Assembly: GCA_033763905.1 (NCBI GenBank)
Contig: JANRJP010000102.1
Location: 1 to 64,000, forward strand
Direction of reading: 5' to 3'
From: Gemmatimonadaceae bacterium
GTDB lineage: Bacteria > Gemmatimonadota > Gemmatimonadetes > Gemmatimonadales > Gemmatimonadaceae
DNA length: 64,000 bases
Shown: positions 18,135 through 25,461 of the stretch, one piece after another
Position numbering within the stretch: position 1 is the stretch's first letter
Layout: the number at the start of each line of letters is the position of its first letter
Notes under the pieces: generated by a model
The model's database searches: none
Told to the model about the DNA's origin: nothing
Seen by the model: only the letters and a program-made list of their open reading frames with translations
Made by a program: the position numbers and the translations under genes

Positions 18135-18221
18135 TCTCGAATGCGCCACAAGTTTCCTCTGCCCTGCGGCTGCCGCCATTCCCGTGCGCGCGGCTGAGTC
18201 CTGTTCGGCCGGACGGCGCCG

Positions 18222-18947
18222 ATGAGCCGCCGCGTGGTCATTGCCGGGGCGGGGCGCCCGTTGGGGATGTCGCTGGTGCACGAGACCATTGCCCGGGGAG
18301 ACACCGTCGTCGCAGGCGTTCGGCGGCCTGACGCGGTGCCGATCCTGCAGGATTTGGCGCAGGACGTCGGGGAGCGACTGCTCGTCGTGCCGTTCGAGGC
18401 GGCCAACGCCGACTCGGCGCAGGGGCTGGCGACGGTCGCCCGGGAACGGCTTGGGGCGGTGGACCTGCTGGTGGATGCCGCCCTCGCCAGCGGCGCCGAT
18501 ACTCGGCTGAGTGACGCCGAGGCGCGCCGCACCTTCGCCGGCGCCGACGCTGCGGAGATCGCCGGGTTGCTTCGCGTCAACGCCGTAGGGCCGCTGGTGC
18601 TTGCGCAGTCGTTTGCGCCCGTGCTCGCGCGCGGCAACGCACCGGTGCTGTTGGTGGCGAGCCCGTGGAGCGGCTCGCTGGCCGGCAAGTATCAGGGCGG
18701 CGACTATGGCCAGTGCGCCTCTGCGGCGGCGCGCAATATGACCGCGCGTGCGCTGGCGTTGGATCTCGCACCGCAGGGCATTGCGGTGGTGCTGGGCAAT
18801 CCCGGCAACTACAAGACGGAACTCGAAGGCCCCGCCTTTCAGCACTCGGTCGAGACGGCGGCACGGGGGCTGCTCGCCCTGTGCGAGGGCGTCGCCCCTG
18901 GTGAGACGCAGTGGCGGGACTGGAACGGATCGGAGCGTGCCTGGTGA
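18222..18947 (+). CDS. CsgA/C-factor-like short-chain dehydrogenase with a degenerate catalytic motif
   Basis: VVIAGAGRPLG, VNAVGP, and NPG-YKTE; the YxxxK position reads QCASA. Confidence 0.8.
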   Translation: MSRRVVIAGAGRPLGMSLVHETIARGDTVVAGVRRPDAVPILQDLAQDVGERLLVVPFEAANADSAQGLATVARERLGAVDLLVDAALASGADTRLSDAEARRTFAGADAAEIAGLLRVNAVGPLVLAQSFAPVLARGNAPVLLVASPWSGSLAGKYQGGDYGQCASAAARNMTARALALDLAPQGIAVVLGNPGNYKTELEGPAFQHSVETAARGLLALCEGVAPGETQWRDWNGSERAW

Positions 18948-19846
18948 GTGTGATTCGAACGTTGATGATGGGGCTCGTGGACTACGCCGGCCTCTTTCCG
19001 CCGGCGGGTCTTGCGATGCCCGAGGCGGTGAAGAACTACGCCGAGTATCTGCGCGGCGCCGACGTGTGGGCCTTGGGGCGCTTCGTGCTGCCGATCTCGC
19101 GACTCGGAGAGTTCGAAGCGGCGGCGCAAGGCGTGCTGCCGCGCACCGCGTCGGAGGAGCCGTGGTCGCTCAGCGCCCTCGGCACGGGCGACCTCGAGGC
19201 CGATCTTGCGGCGTTCCGTTCGTTCAACGTCCGACACGGTCCGGGTGCGATGCTGGGACACGCGAGCATTGACGTGCTCGACGTGAAGGCCGCGACGATC
19301 GCCGACGTGAAGCGCTACGCGATTCTCGGCTTGGCCGGCATTCGCACCTACGTCGAGATCCCGATTCACGAGGATCCGCGGCCGTTGCTGCAGGCCATCG
19401 CCGAGCTCGGGCTTCGGGTGAAGGTGCGTACTGGCGGCGTCACGGCCGATGCGATGCCGTCGCCGAAGGAGCTCGCGCGGTTCATCGTGGCCTGCGCCGA
19501 GACGCGCGTGACGTTCAAGGCCACGGCGGGCCTGCACCACCCGCTGCGCGGGGATTTCAAGCTCACCTACGCCCCAGACAGCGCCAAGGCGACGATGCAC
19601 GGGTTCTTGAACGTGTTCCTCGCGGCGGCCTTCGTGTTTGCGGGGATGGGCGAGGAGGACGCGGCGGAGTTTCTCGCCGAGAAGAACGCGCGGTCGCTCA
19701 AGCTCACCGGCCGCGGCATCACGTGGCGCAACTACCACCTGAACGCCGACCAAATCGGCGCGTCCCGCGGCGGGGCCGTGGGCTTCGGTTCGTGCAGCTT
19801 CCGCGAGCCGCTCGACGAATTGCAGGCGATGGGGTTGCTGTCGTGA
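18944..19846 (+). CDS. Conserved hypothetical protein associated with fahA
   Basis: LVDYAGLFPPA, KVRTGG, FKATAGLHHP, MHGFLN and FGSCSF; start and stop overlap both neighbours. Confidence 0.8.
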   Translation: MSVIRTLMMGLVDYAGLFPPAGLAMPEAVKNYAEYLRGADVWALGRFVLPISRLGEFEAAAQGVLPRTASEEPWSLSALGTGDLEADLAAFRSFNVRHGPGAMLGHASIDVLDVKAATIADVKRYAILGLAGIRTYVEIPIHEDPRPLLQAIAELGLRVKVRTGGVTADAMPSPKELARFIVACAETRVTFKATAGLHHPLRGDFKLTYAPDSAKATMHGFLNVFLAAAFVFAGMGEEDAAEFLAEKNARSLKLTGRGITWRNYHLNADQIGASRGGAVGFGSCSFREPLDELQAMGLLS

Positions 19847-21177
19847 GGCCGACGATCGATCACACGCACGATCCCGCCGTGCGGTCCTGGGTGGAGTCGG
19901 CGAACGACGGGAGCGATTTCCCGGTGCAGAATCTGCCGTTCGGCGTGTACCGTCGGCGTGGCCAGAAGATGCGGCCGCGGGTCGGCGTGGCGATTGGCCG
20001 CTATGTCCTCGACGTGGTCTCGGTCGCGGCCGTGGTGCCGATGCCGTCGGCTGAGGCGTTCGAAGCGGCTGCCGCCTGCGACGCGCCGTCGCTCAATCGC
20101 CTGCTGTCGTTGGGCCGCCCGCATTGGGTGGCACTGCGGCACGCGCTGTTCGATCTGCTGCGTACTGACGGCCGCAATGCCGACGCGGCGCGGGCGGCAC
20201 AGGGACGCATTCTCGTCCCGATGGACGATGTCGAGTTGCTCCTGCCGATGCAGATCGGCGACTACACCGACTTCTACGCGTCGGTGCATCACGCGACGAA
20301 CGTGGGGTCGATGTTTCGTCCCGACAATCCGCTCTTGCCCAACTACAAGTGGGTGCCGATCGGCTATCACGGCCGCGCATCGTCGATCGTGCCGAGTGGC
20401 ACGCCGGTACGGCGTCCGGTCGGGCAGTCGATGCCGGAGGGGGCGGCCGTGCCAGTGGTCGGCCCGACGGCGCGATTCGACTACGAGCTCGAACTCGGCT
20501 TCGTGGTCGGTCCGGGCAACGCCCTTGGCGCGCCGATTGCGATCGCCGACGCGGCCGCGCATTTGTTTGGCGTGGTGCTACTCAACGACTGGTCGGCGCG
20601 GGATCTGCAGGCGTGGGAGTATCAGCCGCTGGGTCCGTTTCTCGCGAAGAACTTCGCGACCACCATCTCCCCTTGGGTCGTCACCTGGGACGCCTTGGCC
20701 CCGTTTCGCGGGCCGCTGGCCCCGCGCGCGGCGGGCGATCCGGCACCGTTGCCCTACTTGAGCGACGCCGCGGACGCCGCCGAGGGCGGCCTCGCCGTGA
20801 CGCTCGAAGTGGCCATCGACACCGCCGCGATGCGCCGCGCCGGCACGGCGCCGCAGGTGGTGTCGTCGGTGCGCGCCGACGACGCGCTGTACTGGACGCC
20901 GGCGCAGTTGCTCACCCATCACGCCAGCAGCGGATGCAACCTGCAGCCCGGGGATCTGTTGGGCAGCGGCACGGTCAGTGGTCCGTCGGCCTCGTCGCGC
21001 GGGTGTTTGCTGGAGCTGACGTGGCGCGGGCGCGATCCCGTTTCGCTGCCGAGTGGCGAGGTGCGGCGCTTCCTGCAGGATGGCGACGGCGTCACGATGC
21101 GCGGGTGGTGCGCGCGCGACGGCGCCGTGCGCATCGGCTTTGGTGAATGCCGCGGCGAGGTGTTGCCGGCGTCGTGA
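19843..21177 (+). CDS. fahA: Fumarylacetoacetase
   Basis: DFPVQNLPFG, IGDYTDFY, PIGYHGRASS, DYELE, NDWSARD, EYQPLGPF, GDLLGSGT and IGFGEC. Confidence 0.95.
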   Translation: MRPTIDHTHDPAVRSWVESANDGSDFPVQNLPFGVYRRRGQKMRPRVGVAIGRYVLDVVSVAAVVPMPSAEAFEAAAACDAPSLNRLLSLGRPHWVALRHALFDLLRTDGRNADAARAAQGRILVPMDDVELLLPMQIGDYTDFYASVHHATNVGSMFRPDNPLLPNYKWVPIGYHGRASSIVPSGTPVRRPVGQSMPEGAAVPVVGPTARFDYELELGFVVGPGNALGAPIAIADAAAHLFGVVLLNDWSARDLQAWEYQPLGPFLAKNFATTISPWVVTWDALAPFRGPLAPRAAGDPAPLPYLSDAADAAEGGLAVTLEVAIDTAAMRRAGTAPQVVSSVRADDALYWTPAQLLTHHASSGCNLQPGDLLGSGTVSGPSASSRGCLLELTWRGRDPVSLPSGEVRRFLQDGDGVTMRGWCARDGAVRIGFGECRGEVLPAS

Positions 21178-21416
21178 TGGACGGACCGCTCTCGCCCTTC
21201 GCGCGGGCCGTGACCGCGCAGTTGGATGGCGACCCGCGGGTCGAGGACTTCCTGTCGCTGTTGCCCGACGCGTACGTGGACGCGCGGCAGGTGCTGGCCG
21301 ATGACCTTCGACTGCTCAGCGCCTGCTATCAGAACGCCGACCTGCTCCCGGTGGCGACGGATGTCACCGCTGCGACTGCGGCGACCCTGATCCTCGAGGT
21401 CGCCGCAGCGCTGTAG
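21177..21416 (+). CDS. Small hypothetical protein
   Basis: ATG overlaps the fahA stop (TGATG); protein-like composition. Confidence 0.55.
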   Translation: MDGPLSPFARAVTAQLDGDPRVEDFLSLLPDAYVDARQVLADDLRLLSACYQNADLLPVATDVTAATAATLILEVAAAL

Positions 21417-21441
21417 CGAGTGGTGCGGTGTGGCGAGGTCG

Positions 21442-22242
21442 TTAGGAGACCTTGTCGATCTTGGTGACCACCTTCTGCGTCATCGGGATGACGAGCCCCA
21501 TCGCTTCGACCGTGATCGACATATTGATCTCGGCGTTGCCGGCGCCGCCGGTCAGGGCACCGCTCGGTGCAACGAGGTAGACCGAGGTCTGCTTGCTCTC
21601 ACCATCGAGCGAAATGTCCTGGCCCTGCGCATTGCCCTTGCCGGTGATCTTGGCCGCCGAGACCGCAGTCACCTTGGCCAGCTTCGCGCCGCCAACCGTG
21701 GAATCGCTGGCGTACGTGTAGGTGGTGATGGTGTTCGTCGTGGTCTCGACGCCGTTCTGCGTCGCCGTGGTCTTGGTGGTGTCCACCCACGACTCACCGA
21801 TCGTTGCGCCGGGCTTGAGGCGCGGAAGAATGGTCGCAATCTGGGCGACGGCCGGGTTCTTCACCTCGGCGCCGGTCTTGTCGACGGCCTTGGTGTCGCT
21901 CGTTGCCCCGGCCGCCGACAACTTCGCCGTGACCTTGGTGCCGAGCATCGCCGACTGATCGGTGTTCGCGCCTGGCGCGGTGCTGGTGACGGCGATCGAG
22001 TCGAGCACGACCGACATATCCATCGTCGGAGCGCCGCCGCTGATCGCGATCGTGAGCTGCTGCTTCGAGTTGGTCTCGAACTCCTGCGTCTGCCCCATCA
22101 TCGTCTGGGCGACCTTTACGTTCGATTCCACCTTGTACTTGCCCGTGCTCGGCTTGTAGGCGCTGAGCTGGGCATCGACCGCCGCCGGTGCGGCCGCAAG
22201 CGCGGCGACGGCTACGAGAGGGGCGATCAGGCGAACACGCAT
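21442..22242 (-). CDS. Exported beta-rich hypothetical protein
   Basis: GGAG RBS and ATG at 22242; signal peptide ending VDA|Q; Thr/Lys-rich strands; GESW motif. Confidence 0.8.
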   Translation of the reverse strand: MRVRLIAPLVAVAALAAAPAAVDAQLSAYKPSTGKYKVESNVKVAQTMMGQTQEFETNSKQQLTIAISGGAPTMDMSVVLDSIAVTSTAPGANTDQSAMLGTKVTAKLSAAGATSDTKAVDKTGAEVKNPAVAQIATILPRLKPGATIGESWVDTTKTTATQNGVETTTNTITTYTYASDSTVGGAKLAKVTAVSAAKITGKGNAQGQDISLDGESKQTSVYLVAPSGALTGGAGNAEINMSITVEAMGLVIPMTQKVVTKIDKVS

Positions 22243-22366
22243 TGGGACTGAGCTCCGGAGAGAGGATACGGCGGCCGGGCGACCGGGAGTCGGTGACGCG
22301 GCGTGTAAGGTTGTCTGGGACGGGTTCCGCCCCGCAAGGACTACGGCGGCGGCCTGCGTATGTTTC

Positions 22367-23563
22367 TTGTACGCGTTTTGCACTCCCATTCGATTGCTCG
22401 TGTCGCTCCTGCTCATTGCCCTGCTCGCCGCCCAGACGTTAGCTCTCGCGGTCCTAATGGCTCGTCTGGCGCCCGGCCGGACGCGCCGTCCTCCAGTTCC
22501 TCCGGCATCCGGGCCGGTGGAGCAGGGCGGGCTCACGATTTTGCTCCCCGCCTACAACGAAGGGCGGCGCATCCGCCCCTGCCTCGACGGCCTGCTCGCC
22601 CAAGGGCCGGCGGTCGAGCAGATCGTCGTGGTGGAATCGCGCTCCAAGGACGACACGCCGGCGATCGTCCGCGAGTACATCGCCCGAGATCCGCGGCTGA
22701 CGATGATTCACGATCCGCCGCTGCCCGCCGGCTGGATCGGCAAGGCGTGGGCGCTGCAGAACGGCACCGAGTTCGCCACGACGGAGTATGTGCTGGGTGT
22801 CGACGCGGACATCGAGCCGGCACCGCTGATGGCGGACGCGATTCTGCAGATCGCACGGCGCGAAGGCTTCGATGTGTTGTCGTTCTCGCCGCGGTTCCGC
22901 ATTCCCACGGCGGGTGAGCGCTGGCTGCAGCCGGCGCTGCTGACGACGCTGGTGTATCGCACCGGCGCGGCCGGCGAGCGTCAGCCGCACCCCGATCGCA
23001 TTGCCGCGAACGGGCAGTGTATGTGCTTTCGCCGCGAGGTCATCCTCAAGTACGGCTACGGCATTGTGGCCGGGTCGTTCAGCGAAGACGTGTCGATTGC
23101 CCGACTGCTCGCGCGGGAAGGGTACAAGGTCGGGTTTCTCGACGGCTCGCTGCTCTACACCGTGCGATCCTACGAGAGCGCCGGCGAAGCCTGGCGCGAG
23201 TGGGGACGCTCGCTGGATCTCAAGGACGCGCGCACGCCCTTGGGCCAGGCGTGGGACGTCGTGCACCTGTGGCTCGCGCAGGCGCTGCCGTGGATCGTGC
23301 TGCCGTTGGTGTTGCTGCTGCCGTGGCCGAGCGACGTCCCCGAATGGACGCGCACCTGGTTGCTGCGGGTCAACGGCGCACTGCTGGCCATTCGGCTGTT
23401 GCTGCTCGTCGCCACGCGCGGCGCCTACGAGCGTACGGATCTGCCGTACTGGTTGTCGCCGTTGGCCGACCCGCTGGCCGCGATTCGCATCACGATTTCG
23501 TCGCTGCGTCGGCCGAAGTCGTGGCGCGGTCGGGCCTACACGCCAGCCGCAGCCGCGAGCTGA
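22367..23563 (+). CDS. cruG: GT2 glycosyltransferase, CruG-like (carotenoid 2'-O-glycosyltransferase)
   Basis: LPAYNE, GWIGKAWA, DAD, ANGQC, SEDV and WREWGRSLDLKDA; C-terminal TM helices; true start may be about 22394-22400. Confidence 0.7.
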   Translation: MYAFCTPIRLLVSLLLIALLAAQTLALAVLMARLAPGRTRRPPVPPASGPVEQGGLTILLPAYNEGRRIRPCLDGLLAQGPAVEQIVVVESRSKDDTPAIVREYIARDPRLTMIHDPPLPAGWIGKAWALQNGTEFATTEYVLGVDADIEPAPLMADAILQIARREGFDVLSFSPRFRIPTAGERWLQPALLTTLVYRTGAAGERQPHPDRIAANGQCMCFRREVILKYGYGIVAGSFSEDVSIARLLAREGYKVGFLDGSLLYTVRSYESAGEAWREWGRSLDLKDARTPLGQAWDVVHLWLAQALPWIVLPLVLLLPWPSDVPEWTRTWLLRVNGALLAIRLLLLVATRGAYERTDLPYWLSPLADPLAAIRITISSLRRPKSWRGRAYTPAAAAS

Positions 23564-23567
23564 ACCT

Positions 23568-23603
23568 CGCTCAGGCGGCGGCGGGTGTGCCGCCGCCTGA
23601 GCG
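23568..23603. terminator. Hairpin between convergent genes (probable bidirectional terminator)
   Basis: Perfect 15-bp stem cgctcaggcggcggc / gccgccgcctgagcg with a 6-nt loop. Confidence 0.7.
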
Positions 23604-24614
23604 TCAGTCGCCGAGTTCCCGTTGCGCGGCGGCGGCGAAGCGCTGGACGATTTCGCCCGCGGGTTCGATCGCGTGAATGCCCGCGACGGATTTGCCCGCC
23701 TGCCAGTACTCCTTCGAACCGTCGCCTTCGGTCATCAGTCCCTTCTTCAACGACCAGATGCTGCGCAGGCCGTAGATCGTGCGCATCCAGTGCTTGGTCT
23801 TGCGGCCCTTGAACATCTGCCGCGCGAACCAGCCGGCCCGCGTCCCCAGCTTTTGGATGTACGGCGTGTTGATCACCGCCACCGGTACGCCGGTGAGTCG
23901 CTCGGTCAACACCACATCCTGCTCGGTGGCGTTGAGAATCGCCTGCTTGTACGCACTGCTCGACTTGCACTCGGGCGTGGCAATGAAGCGCGTCCCCAAC
24001 TGTACGCCGGCGTAGCCCATCCGCAGCAAATCGACGAAGCCTGCTTCGTCACCGACGCCGCCGGCGGCCACCACCGGCACACCGAAGGGGCGAAGGCTGT
24101 CGAGCAGGCGCTGCGGATCCGTGTGCCCCGCGTGCCCGCCCGCGCGATTGTTCACCGCGACCAACCCATCGACACCGCCATCGACGCCTTTGCGCGCCCA
24201 CTTCGCTTCGGTGACGTCGTGGTACACCACGCCCCCGTGCGGACGCACACGATCCACGACCCAGCGCGGATTCCCGAGCGACGTGAGAAAGAACCGCACC
24301 CCTTCCTCGAGCGCGATGTCGATCCACTTGACCATCCGCTCGTGATAGGTCTTCGAGCTTTGCTCGATCAGCGCGTTGAATCCGATCGGCTTGCTCGTCA
24401 GCGTCCGAATGAAACGCAGGCCTTCGCGGAAATCATACCCGTGCACATAGGTGAGCGAGATCGGTTGCACCACGCCAAGCCCACCGGCCTCACTCACCGC
24501 CGCGACGAGCTCGGGATTGGAGCACGGGTACATCGGACCGCAGATCAGCGGGACTTCAATCCCGGTGTGCCGCGTCAGCGGCGTGTCGAACCGGGGGACC
24601 AGAATGTCGCTCAC
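23604..24614 (-). CDS. Nitronate monooxygenase / FabK-like flavin oxidoreductase
   Basis: LVAAVSEAGGLG, AGGHAG, VAAGGVG, QLGTRFIATPE and WQAGKSV. Confidence 0.9.
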   Translation of the reverse strand: MSDILVPRFDTPLTRHTGIEVPLICGPMYPCSNPELVAAVSEAGGLGVVQPISLTYVHGYDFREGLRFIRTLTSKPIGFNALIEQSSKTYHERMVKWIDIALEEGVRFFLTSLGNPRWVVDRVRPHGGVVYHDVTEAKWARKGVDGGVDGLVAVNNRAGGHAGHTDPQRLLDSLRPFGVPVVAAGGVGDEAGFVDLLRMGYAGVQLGTRFIATPECKSSSAYKQAILNATEQDVVLTERLTGVPVAVINTPYIQKLGTRAGWFARQMFKGRKTKHWMRTIYGLRSIWSLKKGLMTEGDGSKEYWQAGKSVAGIHAIEPAGEIVQRFAAAAQRELGD

Positions 24615-25087
24615 GGGGACAACCGCCAGGTCACGGTACAGCGCGAGACCACCGTCCGCGAGGCATCATAGATCTCGCACGTCACGGGATGCGTCGTCTC
24701 GGCGGTGATGGGAGGAAGGGCCACGGTGGTCTCCGCGCTCAGGAGACCGCGCGCTTTCTTGAGATAGTCGATCTCGATCCGCACCGGAATCCCGCGCACC
24801 CCAGCCGGCATCGTCGCCATCATCGCGAGGCCGCTCGACATCTCGCCGACGTTGGCCAGCGCGATCGCGTGCACCGAGTTGAGATGATTGCGCACGCTCC
24901 AGCGCTCGGCGAGTTCCACTCGGCAGAATCCCGGGCGCAACTCACGCACCTGCCCGCCGACCGTTCGGGTGTACGGCGCCGTCCAGCCGACGAAGCGCGA
25001 GAACAACCAGCGGCCGAGGGGCAGGGGAGACAGCGTCCGCCACGCCGCCTGCACCCGTGCCCCCGGGGCCGCCAAGGCGCGCGCCAT
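24611..25087 (-). CDS. Hotdog-fold protein (DUF4442 / PaaI-like thioesterase)
   Basis: APYT, VRNHLNSVHAIAL and IDYLKKARG. Confidence 0.85.
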   Translation of the reverse strand: MARALAAPGARVQAAWRTLSPLPLGRWLFSRFVGWTAPYTRTVGGQVRELRPGFCRVELAERWSVRNHLNSVHAIALANVGEMSSGLAMMATMPAGVRGIPVRIEIDYLKKARGLLSAETTVALPPITAETTHPVTCEIYDASRTVVSRCTVTWRLSP

Positions 25088-25461
25088 CAGCCCTGCACCG
25101 GAGTCGGCGCCGACTTTCGTAGCCGCGCGCCCAACTCCTCACCGAGGGCGGCACACGACCACCCGAGTCCAAACGCAAAGAGCACGACCAGCAGCAGGAA
25201 CAGCGGCCCGGGCAGGCTGAACAACTGGCCGACCTTCGTGGCCACATCGCCAATGGCAATGCCCGACACCGTCTGGAGCGCGAGCAGCGACAACCACGCC
25301 GATCCGGCGCAGATGCCGATGAGCGCGGCCTGACGCACGCCACGCGGCGTGGCGAAGCCCGCCGCGAACGACACCACCGGCACCGCCCACCACCCGCCGA
25401 AGACCGTCGCCAGCGCGACGACGGTGATGATCGTCAACACCCCTCGAAGCTGTCGGCCCAT
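25087..25461 (-). CDS. Small membrane protein
   Basis: ATG at 25461 overlaps the upstream stop; GWWAVP and several TM segments. Confidence 0.7.
   Translation of the reverse strand: MGRQLRGVLTIITVVALATVFGGWWAVPVVSFAAGFATPRGVRQAALIGICAGSAWLSLLALQTVSGIAIGDVATKVGQLFSLPGPLFLLLVVLFAFGLGWSCAALGEELGARLRKSAPTPVQG

Noticed and set aside
15207..18845. 1212-aa ORF as listed in the track
   Set aside because: The first ~255 aa are antisense to the SDR gene and its upstream region; the signal peptide begins at ATG 18080
18141..18947. Selenocysteine or readthrough extension of the SDR across TGA 18195
   Set aside because: The SDR fold starts at 18222, no SECIS-like hairpin was evident, and the upstream peptide has no domain signature
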